Source: Harriotta raleighana
Taxonomy: Eukaryota
Direction of reading: 5' to 3'
Length of the DNA: 64,000 nt
Assembly: GCA_050575255.1 (NCBI GenBank)
Contig: JBNZDD010013718.1
Coordinates: 2,906,113-2,970,112, forward strand
The position numbers and the translations under genes are program-made. Below are positions 25,200 to 38,120 of this stretch, piece by piece. The stretch's first letter is position 1; every line of letters starts with the position of its first letter. A model generated the notes under the pieces. It was not told the origin of the DNA, did no database searches, and saw only the letters and a list, made by a program, of their open reading frames with translations.

Positions 25200-25793
25200 C
25201 AGTAAAACCTTGTTTATCCATGACTTGATGAACCGGAAACCCGTGCAACCGCTATCTCAAAAACAAAGTCCCGATTTGATGAACTGGAAGTTATCCGGGC
25301 AAATAGTTATGACACATTTAATGAATCAACTGTCGCAAGCGAGTATTGGTGCATGTACTTGCGGCTGGCTGCTAGTCCGGGGTCTAAACTCACTCCTGCT
25401 CCTTTTAAAAGTCGTGTTTTTTTTTTACCTCTGTCGGGTGAGGGCTGTGTTGTGAAGTTAAGTATAAATGATAAAGTACTGCTACTGGTGCAAGTACTCG
25501 TGGCTGGCTGCTGGTCAGGTCTAAACTCACTCCTGCTCCTTTTAAAAGTTGCATTTTTTTACCTCGGTCGGGTGAGGGCTGCGATTTCGAAGTTAAGTAT
25601 AAATAATAAAGTACTAATACAATATTCTGTTATTATTTAGTCTATTATTAATATGGTATGCGTTAAAATAATTTTTTATTTAAAAATCTATATATATTTT
25701 ATAAATTATTTTTCAAAAAATCCGTTCAACCGGAAAACCGTTTAACTGCCACTGGCCAGATCCCGTGGGTGCCGGATAAACAAGGCTTTACTG
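25200..25793. mobile_element. Non-autonomous Tc1/mariner (pogo/Tigger-like) DNA transposon
   Basis: TIRs CAGTAAAACCTTGTTTATCC / GGATAAACAAGGCTTTACTG flanked by TA on both sides; internal direct repeat of about 135 bp; no transposase. Confidence 0.88.
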
Positions 25794-26539
25794 TATTGAA
25801 AAGAGAAAGGTTAAAACATACAACAAGAGCAACTTGTACATGTAAAGTGCCCCATTCAAGGTAGTGTCCCAGAACACTTGACAGTGGCGGAGTACAACGA
25901 CGAGGCGGTGGAGGGGGGAAGGTAACTAGGCACAGTAGCATTCAGTAGCTGTTTGCTGAAGTGCTAGTCTCACAATTTTAAACGTCAACTTTTCTCAACA
26001 AATAATTTGACACCCTCTGTTTTCCTATAAAGAAATTACAACCGTTGCCGTATTTGAACAGTAAACAACACACTGAAATGCTGAAGCAGCTTACAGTAGA
26101 ATAGACAGCTTTCCCAGAAGACTGTGAGTGAAACAACTATCACAGGAACTGTGTCCTGAGGCAGAAAGAGCAATAAAACCCATAACAGACTCAACAAAAA
26201 ATGAAGTTATCTTCCCATATTTTATACCACAATAAAATTAAAATTCCTTTGTTTATTGTGCTATAAAATTAATCTGTCAAGCGCGAGTCTCACAAAGATA
26301 GTTCTTCCTTGCCTTTTGATACTATTTTGTTTTTGTGTAGTAAAAACACCCATACACATAGGTGATTTATCATCATAATAATAAAAAATGTTGAATACAC
26401 TTATTCAGCAATTTCTGATGATTTGTAAAGTAATACAGTAACTATGTTCACAGGACCAAAATATACACTAAGGTAGGAATTTCTTGCATGGAATATGATC
26501 ATGGAAGTTCATGTGCAACTGATGAACTTCACTATTATA

Positions 26540-26860
26540 TAATAATCCTAGCATTTGATAGAACGCCTTTCACATTGGGAGGATGTCTCAAAGCACTTCA
26601 CAGGGTTTATTGTAAAGGATGGTCACTGTGTGTTTTGTACTAAATGTGGCAGCCAATTGGCACACATCAATATCCTACAAACAGCCATGAAGCGAATGAG
26701 CAGTTTTATTGAGAAAATTATTGGCTAGGAGAAACTTCCTTCTCTTTCGAATAGTGGCATGAGATTTTTAACGGATCTTAGTTTAATGACACATCATGGG
26801 GCTTGAAAGCACAAACTTCTGCCACAGAGGCGAGAAAGTTACCAACTGAACCTGACGAGA
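26540..26860 (-). mobile_element. DeuSINE (duplicated at about 28220-28540)
   Basis: tail, Deu core and degenerate head ggcttgaaagcacaaacttctgccacagaggcgag. Confidence 0.8.
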
Positions 26861-26997
26861 ATCATTAGTGTACTAACACTAAGTTGGCAAGCTACAGTTC
26901 TGCAATTGGCACTGGGGGAAAAAAAGCTGAACTGGTAAGATGTCACTGCACATCAATGATTCAGTACAATTTATTGGTCCATATTATTGATCAGTAN

Positions 26998-27473
26998 ATG
27001 AATCAACTGTCGCAAGCGAGTATTGGTGCATGTACTTGCGGCTGGCTGCTAGTCCGGGGTCTAAACTCACTCCTGCTCCTTTTAAAAGTCGTGTTTTTTT
27101 TTTTTTACCTCTGTCGGGTGAGGGCTGTGTTGTGAAGTTAAGTATAAATGATAAAGTACTGCTACTGGTGCAAGTACTCGTGGCTGGCTGCTGGTCAGGT
27201 CTAAACTCACTCCTGCTCCTTTTAAAAGTTGCATTTTTTTACCTCGGTCGGGTGAGGGCTGCGATTTCGAAGTTAAGTATAAATAATAAAGTACTAATAC
27301 AATATTCTGTTATTATTTAGTCTATTATTAATATGGTATGCGTTAAAATAATTTTTTATTTAAAAATCTATATATATTTTATAAATTATTTTTCAAAAAA
27401 TCCGTTCAACCGGAAAACCGTTTAACTGCCACTGGCCAGATCCCGTGGGTGCCGGATAAACAAGGCTTTACTG
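26998..27473. mobile_element. Partial second copy of the Tigger-like MITE (right TIR only)
   Basis: Part of the tandem duplication. Confidence 0.85.
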
Positions 27474-30400
27474 TATTGAAAAGAGAAAGGTTAAAACATA
27501 CAACAAGAGCAACTTGTACATGTAAAGTGCCCCATTCAAGGTAGTGTCCCAGAACACTTGACAGTGGCGGAGTACAACGACGAGGCGGTGGAGGGGGGAA
27601 GGTAACTAGGCACAGTAGCATTCAGTAGCTGTTTGCTGAAGTGCTAGTCTCACAATTTTAAACGTCAACTTTTCTCAACAAATAATTTGACACCCTCTGT
27701 TTTCCTATAAAGAAATTACAACCGTTGCCGTATTTGAACAGTAAACAACACACTGAAATGCTGAAGCAGCTTACAGTAGAATAGACAGCTTTCCCAGAAG
27801 ACTGTGAGTGAAACAACTATCACAGGAACTGTGTCCTGAGGCAGAAAGAGCAATAAAACCCATAACAGACTCAACAAAAAATGAAGTTATCTTCCCATAT
27901 TTTATACCACAATAAAATTAAAATTCCTTTGTTTATTGTGCTATAAAATTAATCTGTCAAGCGCGAGTCTCACAAAGATAGTTCTTCCTTGCCTTTTGAT
28001 ACTATTTTGTTTTTGTGTAGTAAAAACACCCATACACATAGGTGATTTATCATCATAATAATAAAAAATGTTGAATACACCTATTCAGCAATTTCTGATG
28101 ATTTGTAAAGTAATACAGTAACTATGTTCACAGGACCAAAATATACACTAAGGTAGGAATTTCTTGCATGGAATATGATCATGGAAGTTCATGTGCAACT
28201 GATGAACTTCACTATTATATAATAATCCTAGCATTTGATAGAACGCCTTTCACATTGGGAGGATGTCTCAAAGCACTTCACAGGGTTTATTGTAAAGGAT
28301 GGTCACTGTGTGTTTTGTACTAAATGTGGCAGCCAATTGGCACACATCAATATCCTACAAACAGCCATGAAGCGAATGAGCAGTTTTATTGAGAAAATTA
28401 TTGGCTAGGAGAAACTTCCTTCTCTTTCGAATAGTGGCATGAGATTTTTAACGGATCTTAGTTTAATGACACATCATGGGGCTTGAAAGCACAAACTTCT
28501 GCCACAGAGGCGAGAAAGTTACCAACTGAACCTGACGAGAATCATTAGTGTACTAACACTAAGTTGGCAAGCTACAGTTCTGCAATTGGCACTGGGGGAA
28601 AAAAAGCTGAACTGGTAAGATGTCACTGCACATCAATGATTCAGTACAATTTATTGGTCCATATTATTGATCGGTATTACTGAAAGCATCTTCAAGTTTC
28701 TGCCACTACGCCATAGCTGCATTGGAAAAGACTATGCCTGTAGACTCCCAATCAGTTGGATGCAGGCTCTTTCAGAGATACTTCTGCAAATGGAGCCTTA
28801 CCACCCATGTATCCCTCTCCACCTCTAACAACACAACAGTTGTCACTATTGCGTCAAAGCCACCTCCCAAGCAATGGGTCAAAAGCAATCACTCTGCACA
28901 TTGTTTGTCAACTTACTGGGTACTCAGAGCATGATTAAATACTGCATTCTCAGATAGTCACAGCAATAATTGGGCCTTCAGTGCCTTAATTGGCTTCCAG
29001 CTTCAGTTTACCATCTTAATTCCTCAGCAAGGGTTTTGGAGCGCACTTTCCAACCCTGGTACTGATTGCTGAACAATTACACTTTCTAAATTTAAGGCAC
29101 AAAAATGCATGTGTGGCTTTACCACCAATTATTTACCTGTTGATAAACAGCAGAAACATTATCTCATTGTGACTTGACCTTTTAAAATTGTTATTGGGTT
29201 CTAAAATGACAATTCACACTTGACAGTTCAGGATTTACATTTTATTTTAAAAATTACAATTAAGTGTGGTAAATTGTTATGTGGAGGAGAGAAAGTAAAT
29301 AAAAGGCCCAAATGCCGCCCAGTCATGCAAAGTCAGAAAAAAATAAATTACAGTATATTTGATCTGCTCTGGTTCACAGAAAGAAAAATAACTTGGAAAG
29401 GAAATGAGAGAAAAGGGATAACAATGACAAAATTGGATATGAATGATTGATAGCGTTGAATTGAAACAATAAAACATTTTTGGTTAACCTGTGTCTTTCT
29501 GAAGTTGAATTACTTACAGTAAAATTAAAATAAGTACATTTTAATCCATAAAATTCTGCATATTTAGCTGAGGTAACAAGCTATAATGAGAACAGTGAAG
29601 AAGCAATTGGTTTACAAGTCAGAGATTGCTGCACCTGAATAGCTCATAGTATAGAGTATTTAAATCAGTGGCATATATTATCCGATTGGAGGTGAACTAT
29701 TAAGACGTTTCTAAAGTACTTGACTATATTGTGGATGTTCAGCCACAAAACATAGTCATTGCACTTTACAGTAAATCCTGTGAAGCGCATTGGGACGTCC
29801 TCCCGACTTGGAAGGTGCTTTGTCAAACGTAGGATTCTTTTTTATTGAGATTGCACACATCACAGTACATTCAACCTGCCACCATCTTCAGACCATCATT
29901 GCGAGTAATTTGTTTCTTGCAAGCATGAAATTGCTGACAGTGCCCCTTTAATACTGTAACCTATTTCCACTAAGGGTTATGCATATTCAAGAATATACTG
30001 CGTCTTAGCAGTGTTTGTGTTGGATCTTCACTTTAATGTTATTGTAATTAAAAAAAACACAAGAAATGCACATTTACTGTACATTTTCTAAAACGAATCC
30101 AAGTCAGGTACACTTATTGTTCCCCCTGTGTCCAGTCTCACTTTCCATTTTTAGTCAATAATGCACTTTGTGATAATTACTACACAATTCTTCCAGTTTC
30201 ATCCAATTTTAAGGAGAGAAAAACAAATTAAATTGCCGCAGAACTCCAAATATAGAGGATATTAAAACTAATGAATTCCAGGACATTAGCAGTTATATAT
30301 GCTCAGGGCTCATCAGCAAGTGAACTCGCTGTAGCAAATACTGAAGCTATTCTTACCTCATTTACTCACCTCAACCCATGTAGGCGTTCAATATTGTAGT

Positions 30401-31936
30401 TTCCACTTGTTTCTATCTACAGGGATACAGGGAAAGAGCTGGAGAATAGGATAAATAAGAGGATTGTCTCAGAAAAATAGGTAGCAGTCACATCGACATA
30501 CTGGGTTGACATGCCCCCACTCGCTGGAACACTTTCATCACTGTAAAGTTATTATAGCTGATGTTTTTTTGTTCATTTGTAAGCTTTTAGATAACACATC
30601 TTTTCGGGTATTTTGTATACCCTATCTAGCTTTACTGCCAATTATTTAACTCAGGAGCTTTCCAGCAGGGAACTTAGATTTTTTACTTTTATAACCCGGA
30701 GTGCTGAGCCCAACTGGAGCATTCTTACTGCGACTTGAAATCTTCCAGGTCTCTCATGCTCGGCTTCACTCCAGTGGATTTAGCAATGGAGTCATTAAGA
30801 ATTTTATGGGTGGGGGGGCAGCTTTGTGTCTGACTGATATAGCATGGAAATTCATCCTCACATTTAAGAGTGTCCAAACCAAGAGGTGCACATATGTATG
30901 CCAATGACACACGCATATTCCCTTTGTCTGGAATGGAATGCACATTCTCTCCACCAGAGGGATAACCCTGCTTACCTAATTCTGGAGACTACTCCATGTT
31001 ATTTCGCAAGAGCCTCGGGGTGGGGACTCCAGAGAGTGCTTTGGGATACTGCTGGATATTAGCAAGCTAAAAAATTGCACAGCTTGCCGTAGAGAGCATT
31101 GTCTAGCAAGCTTCCACTGCCTGTCCAGTTCAGACCTTGTTGCCCATTCAAATGGCTTTGGGTTACAGGGTTAACAGAAGCTGAATGAGAAAAATCTCTA
31201 CTCCCAGTTGGATGAATTTTATTAAGTACTAACAGACAATTTTAGAGATTAGATAACCAATTGAATTTGATGTTGAACGAGAAAACTGTAGTAAATGACG
31301 ACCTGGAAGAGGCTGTTTGGCTACTCGATTATTTCCTTAGTTCATGGCAGCTCATTCTTTTTAATTCCATTTCACTGTAAATGGGCATTCACATTTTGTT
31401 ATGTCTTTACTAATGCTTAGCAATGGTATTACAGTAACTCTAGGCAGATGTTTAAATAGCTCAAAGCATCGTCATTGAAACTGAGTGGAGGTTACGTCTC
31501 GTTATTCTGCACCTCTCAACACGCCTCATGTAAGTTGCTTTTGATGGCTTTTATGAAACAACCTTCCTGAACCTCTATCAGCCACTTCAATGGGAAAATG
31601 GTCAATAATAATTACACACGACAGAACGAAAAGGAAAAAAAAAGATCCAGAGTTCAAAGACTGAACCTTTAGCTACTTTGTGAACATTTAGGGGGCACTA
31701 ATAGGACCATTCCAGGATCACCTGAAACGCTCCCATTTCCCATCCTCTCTAATTCAAGTAACGACTTCACTTGCGATGCCTAAATTGATTGTGTCTGAGT
31801 TGTAGCCAGACACTCCGTTCGTTGTTGAGCAGGTTCAATCTACTAACTCTTACTGCTTTTCCAGAGAAGTTTTTCTTCGGGGCTGCTGTTACGTTAATCT
31901 GATACTATGAATGCCTTACTATCTGAGAAGACGATT

Positions 31937-32219
31937 GAATCATAGAATCATGGAATGTTACGGCACAGAAGGAGGCCATTCGGCCCATCGAGTCTATGCC
32001 GGCTCTTTAACAGAGCAATGTCACTTTTTTTTAACCCCAATCACCAGCTTTCTCCCCATAACCCTGCAAACCCGTTTTCTCCAGACACCTATCCAGTTCT
32101 CTTTTAAAAGCTGCTATCGAATCGGACCTCACTACCCTTTCAGGCAGATCATTCCAAATTCGAACAACTCGCTGAATGAAAACATTTCTTCTAACCTCCC
32201 CTCTGCTTCTTTTGGTAGA
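31937..32219 (-). mobile_element. CR1 3' end, same young subfamily as 7711-8480
   Basis: RGEVRRNVFIQRVVRIWNDLPERVV...FKRELDR; catagaat tail. Confidence 0.92.
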
Positions 32220-32814
32220 ACATAGCACAGAACATATATTCCCTTTCGTGAGGGAAGGCAGAGAAAGGTGTAAAACTGTTAAAATGCAGGACTCTTCCCA
32301 ACATCACAAGGTTCAACGCTGCCCGAGATTGGACTTGAACCCTCAACTTGCTGACCCAAAGGCATGATTGCTGCAAAACTAAGCAAGGTTGGCACGATGG
32401 AACAACAGTCAAACCAGAAAGAGAAAAAGTGTCACTAAACTTCAGATATGGTATCCTTAATGACATGAATGATCTCGTATGAAAGTTAAAGGAATGAAAA
32501 TATTTATCATTCGAAAAATGCGGTGTAATATGGCAGCTGTTTTCTAACTTTTAGAGACAATGCATTAGTCATTAGGTCTTTGCATTTATACCAAAAGTGC
32601 AACATGTTTGATTACCTAACAGGATGTGTTCACATAGCTGATTATGTACTGCGAACATACTGAAGCTCTCTGCTTGCAGATGCTCATTTAGCAATTTAAA
32701 AAGTACTATTGACTTTATATTATAACATTGTAACATTGCCACCAATAAATAAATGATACAGAAAGGTTATGTGGGGCCAGTTTTTATTATAGTACTATGA
32801 TTATAACTGTATTT

Positions 32815-33105
32815 TGTCATGTCTGTTCTTTGGATGAAATGTTAAACCAAGATCTCATCTGCCTGTTCAGGGAGACGTTAAAGATTCCAGGGCACAATTT
32901 GAAAACCCCCCCCAGGGAATTTCTCCCAGGATTCTGGCCAACAATCCCCCAAATACGTTCGTCATTCACTTTGTGGCTGTTTGTAGGACACTGTTGTGTT
33001 TGTAAGTGGTCTATCATGTTGTCTGCAAATGTGCAGTCAATACACTTTGTAGTAATTTCTGACAATGTGATAAGATGCTATATCAAATGCAAGGATTATT
33101 ATTAA
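32815..33105 (+). mobile_element. DeuSINE
   Basis: ggatgaaatgttaaacc...tctgcctgttcagg..gacgttaaagattcc...aaatgcaaggattattatt. Confidence 0.85.
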
Positions 33106-33744
33106 GTCAGAACAGGCAGGAACAATTCGTTTTTTTAAACTGCAATCCATCAAAAACTGCAATCTATCAAAAAGCATAGATAAAGTATTCACGTTTGAGT
33201 TGGAAATCAACCCAGAAAAAAAAACTAGATGTTCATATACTTTAATAACCCTAGCAATCCATACAGAACAGTACATTGATACTAAATGATCACAGTTCAC
33301 TGTTATCGATTCCTTATGCTAAATGAAACATAACGCAGACTATCCAGTAGATGCCAGCATCAGAATAATCAAATCAATGTATATTCCAACTGTTGAATAT
33401 ACAATAATCCAACTCCAGCTAAATTGATAACAGCTACAACAATCTTGAGACATTGTGAATCAAAAGCTGTATTAGTTTGCTGGGTGTTTTGAATGACAGG
33501 TAGTATAGATCAATCATGAGCCCACCAGCCAAATAGTACTAACTGGCTTTCCAAAACTGTTACAAAATGTTAACTTTGCTTTAATTCACTTACCTTTCAA
33601 GATTGTTTCAAGTTGTCCAATTTCTTAATTTGAGCATAAATCCTGCCGTCCTTCCCCCCACCACCCCCAGCTAGGTTGAAATTATAGCTATACTCCTTCA
33701 ACCAAATGAACGCAATGCTCAAATCCATACAGATGTAAATTACA

Positions 33745-33856
33745 AGGGTAGGTTTGGGGAAAAGCAGGCAAATTGGACTGAAAGGATTGCTCTTTCGTAA
33801 GGTAGGAGAGAGACGAAGGGCCGAATGGCCCTCTTCTGTGCTGCAACTTTTTATGG
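33745..33856 (+). mobile_element. CR1 3'UTR fragment
   Basis: gggccgaatggccctcttctgtgctg. Confidence 0.75.
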
Positions 33857-36800
33857 TTCGATAAGCAAATTCTGAATGATACCTTCATTGACAAATTCAA
33901 ATGCAAAGCTCAATTGCACAAAATTACTGATAACTATCTTTGTGACATTTCACTACATTAACATAATGTCATTTCAATACATTAACATAAAGTTGAATCT
34001 GTGTTTTCAAGATACCTCATGTTCTCATTATGTATTTTGCATTGTATTGAAATTTAGCTGAAGTTTTCCTTGGAGCTAAACTTTGATGTAAAATTAACCA
34101 ACTTTTGCTTGGCATCCACAGTTAAAGCTTCATTCCAATCTCAATGGAAATTACTTCTCTGATGTTTGACCCTCCATGTTAATAATACCGTATTCATATT
34201 GCTGGATGTGAGCTGATATCATATCACCTGCATTTTAATAATATTAAAATAGTGGTCCCTTCAAATAGGCTCATCTAATTGACAGGCAAGATAGCCCAAG
34301 TTAATCCTTTCTGCCTCCACTGTGTATCCATGTTGTGCCAATAACTACCTTTTGAAGGTGGTCTCAGCTGCTGGGTTCTAGTGCAATTCACTTCCAGCTT
34401 AACTCCCATTTATATTCTCCTTTCATAGGGATTTACCACAAAACATTCAGTGTAACAGAGCATAAAATAAACACAACGTGACTGGGGCTTTAGAGTGACA
34501 TTTCATCAAAATTAAGCAGAACTACTGTATGCATAAAATGATTGCGTATTGAATTGCAGAGGAGATATGATGTCTTGAAGAGACGTGACGTTGGGACTGA
34601 GCAAAAGAGAGCATGAACATCCGGGGTTCAATTTGTGAGCTATAAGTCAATGATCTTAGCTGGGACTGCAATGTGTTTGGAGCAATGCAGAATCATCTCT
34701 GGGCTAGAGAAGGGGAAAATTGTCCAGCAAAAAGTGTCACACTACCCTTATACACACCATCCTCTCCCCTATTGAAAATGTAATTTGTGGACATGAGGGT
34801 AAATCGCCCATTCTAAGTCAATGGAGTGAATCCTCCCCATTCTTTGACTCCTATCGCCAAGTAACCTTAAACATCCCTCTTTCAAGTAGCCATGTTGAAT
34901 GGTTGTTTGATGAGGTATAGGATGTTCATATTGAGCCACTGTCTGTAGAAGAATGAGGAAAAAATTGAATATAGAAAGTAAGAAAGTAAGATAGCTAGAT
35001 ATAATTTATTTACATGTGAAAAATGCATGTGAATTAACAGTACAATAGATAAAGGGCATTACAGCATTCACTTTCAATGATTTTTTAATTTGTTCTGGTG
35101 TTCTGCTGTTATCACAGCTGTTTTAGGATTCTGATGAAAAGACACGCTCCTCTGTCTATTTGGATGTAATTGCTGTTACCACATCTATGAATTGTACCCA
35201 TGGAGACCGCAAGCATTCTGTAAATGAACTCTTGCTATTTCCTGGACGTGAATAAAATCTCAGAAGAATTAACAGACGGAAGAACTATCTATGACTTGGG
35301 CTAGACATTCCACAGATACAGAGAATTTGCTCACATCGCACTGCATCTTACACTCAAATGAAGTCTTTTCTTCTCATGGTAAAATATTGAAAATGAAAAA
35401 CAAAACCACAGATTTTTCGACTCAATAAAGGTTCTGTTGCTGCCCGGGAAAAGGCACAATTGACTTAGTCTTTTCTGCTGAATTCAATGCTTGTATTTAG
35501 CAGGCATTTTTGAAAGAGCTGCAGATAAGTGCCATATGGAATTGGATTGAATAATTAGGCAATAAGACTAAAAGTATTATTTATTTCAGCATATGATGAA
35601 AATTCCTCCTGTAGAAAGTGTTCGTCAGATTTTGGTTGGTATTTAAGGTCAACAAAGTTCCTCAGCTAATGCCAAAAGGTACAAAAAAATCCAGTTTTTC
35701 TTTTATGGGACTCAACAATAGAGAGCACCATTAGCCCAACAAATGGAAGACTTTTCTTTAAAAATTTAATTTATAACTTTTTTTGAATAGCTGATAGGTT
35801 AATAATGGGTGCACTATATTTGCAGAAGGCATTCCTGTTTAATTGAATAGAAATTGTAAATTACGTGACCCCATTGTCGATGCCCGTGGAAGGTTTCTTT
35901 TATTTCTATTTGAAACTATTCGATTTTATCCACATCCATTTTGGCCCAAGAAGCAAGAAATATGTATTTACTATTAATGAAAATTTCTAGAATCACACCT
36001 TTACTATGATCTTTTATTTAGACTACTGTACTTAACTATCTTTAAACAAAAGGATTTATTTCAACAGCAGTTGGCAGGATTGGAGATTAGAGATGATAAA
36101 ATTAAAATTCCTGTTCTATACTATCAAAACCACAAAAACATCGAATGAGAAATGAAATGCTCTTTTATGCTACAGCATTGCCTGCACTAAAAATGCCATT
36201 CACTTGAATATATATTCTGTATGCATGATGCAAGAACTCAACAACAACTAAATTAAATTTATAAAGTGCCTTTCACGTTGGGAGGATGTCCCAAGGCCCT
36301 GGGCACAGTCCAGGTCAAGACCCAATAAAACACCTTGAAGTTTGCTAACTTCAATAATTCCTTGGATACTCACAATATATTGTCCACATTTTACAGGAGG
36401 CTGATGTTGTTCAAACTAATCTGGACTTATCTACGTGACAAACTTGGTACTAGAATGGCTTGGCACACTTGGGCAGAAATTGCACCTATTGCATGCTATT
36501 TACATAATATTTCAGAGTACAGTATACACACATGCTAAACCCAGTAGTTTTCCATCACAGCATCTCAGGTGGTTGCTTAAATGAGTCACCGTTCCTGGTA
36601 TGAACTATTCTTCCTGATAACCTGATGCAGCTGCCGATTATCCTCTGTGACAGCAATAAAAAACAACAAATTACACTTGTTTAGTGCCATTCACGTCGGA
36701 AAGATGTCCCAGAGCGCTGGACAGTCAGGAGTGAGCAAAAAGTCATCTGACTCTCGAATATCCCTTTTCTTCCTGTACTCTTGGCAAGTTCTATTCCCTG

Positions 36801-37793
36801 GAATGATTATACAGCATTCATCTTATTGAAGGGTTTAGGTGATGCCATAAACCATGAGAACGAAGCCTGATTTGGTTTATAACCACCATTTGAGCCATGA
36901 GATGAAAGTATTGCTTCAAGATTGCTTCCATGTGTCCACTCTTTCTTTTTAATATATTGTCACCTGGGTGAGAGGTGCTTATTTGTTTTGTTTTAAGGAT
37001 TCCCTTTATCTTGGCAGAGTGGTATGTGTAGTTTTATAGGACAAGAAATTATGTAATTTAACTGAGTGGTAAGAAGATCTACTGGATGTGATATAATCAT
37101 TGAAAACTTATCATGTAATTGATGAATGAAAATTATAGTATATACAAGATAACGCACAGTTTACAGCATGTTGATTGTAACACATTGAAGGATTTAGTCA
37201 ATGCGATGAATCACACAATTTATCTTGCAACCTATTTCCAGGGGGTGCTATTCTATATTCCACACAGAACAGCGATGATTTCTTAGTATTTAGGATAATA
37301 AGCTCAGAGATAAGGTTGTTTGAATTAGGCAGCAGGCTTCCATTTCTATATCATGTGATTTGTCAACCAGCGGTATTGTGCTATGCAAGTTGACAAGCAG
37401 TGACATTGGGATTTATTTTGCTGAATTTTATAGGGAATATCATAGGCTCTGTGTTTTATAGATCAATATTATTGTGCTCTTATATGATACACTCTAAAAT
37501 GGGAGTTAACAGGAATGCCAGGATAGTAGTGGAGAGTGATGGTGGCAGAGACAGATCTGCTCTGATTGAGTCTCAGTGTGTCCATAATGATTATGTGCAC
37601 AGGTTTCTGAAGTTCTAGGAAGCATAAAATATGTTTGTTCTACTGTCACCTTGTATTCCTCAGTGTTCAGTAGGGCCTTTGCGTAATTGAGTTGTTAGCT
37701 TATGCTCATAAAAAGAGTGCAAGTCTCTGCCTGAAACAACAACGATGACAACAAAATTACACTTGTATAAAAAGCTTGCTAATCACACTGCAA

Positions 37794-38120
37794 GTGTCAG
37801 CTTGGCCCAGTTGGTAACACTCTGATCTCTGGGTCAGAAAGTTGTCGGTTTAAGACCATAACTTTAATCTAGGCTGACACTGTAGTGGGGTACTGCACTG
37901 TGAGAGGGGCTGGCACTTTGAGCAAACTAGAAACTGGAGTCTCCTTTGCCTGTTCAGTTGGATGTTAAAGATCCAGTAAGACAATTTTAGAAGAGAAGGG
38001 ACATATGTTAGCGGAACATATGTTTGCTCAAATTGGTCGCAACATTATACAGCAATTACTTGTGAAGTGCTTTGAGTCATTTTGATGCTATAGATGGTGT
38101 ATCAAATATGTCAATTATTA
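37794..38120 (+). mobile_element. Old DeuSINE with tRNA head
   Basis: gtcagcttggcccagttggtaacactc...tctgggtcagaaagttg...ggatgttaaagatcc. Confidence 0.8.

Larger units (their letters stand above)
25321..28676. repeat. Near-identical 1.68-kb tandem duplication (25321-26996 / 26998-28676) joined by a single N
   Basis: The differences I saw are a poly-T length (+3) and two substitutions; N at 26997. Confidence 0.95.

Noticed and set aside
25350-25615. CRISPR-like or functional repeat array
   Set aside because: Only two long direct repeats inside a eukaryotic MITE, with no spacers
26503-26530. gaagttcat...atgaacttc hairpin
   Set aside because: A 9-bp stem is expected by chance in 64 kb
25210-27621. 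Duplicated ORFs suggesting a tandem gene pair
   Set aside because: Derived from the MITE interior and the probable assembly duplication
31750-31930. Penelope GIY-YIG end relic (also an RT-like trace at 35170-35300)
   Set aside because: Similarity too faint to support as a feature without a search
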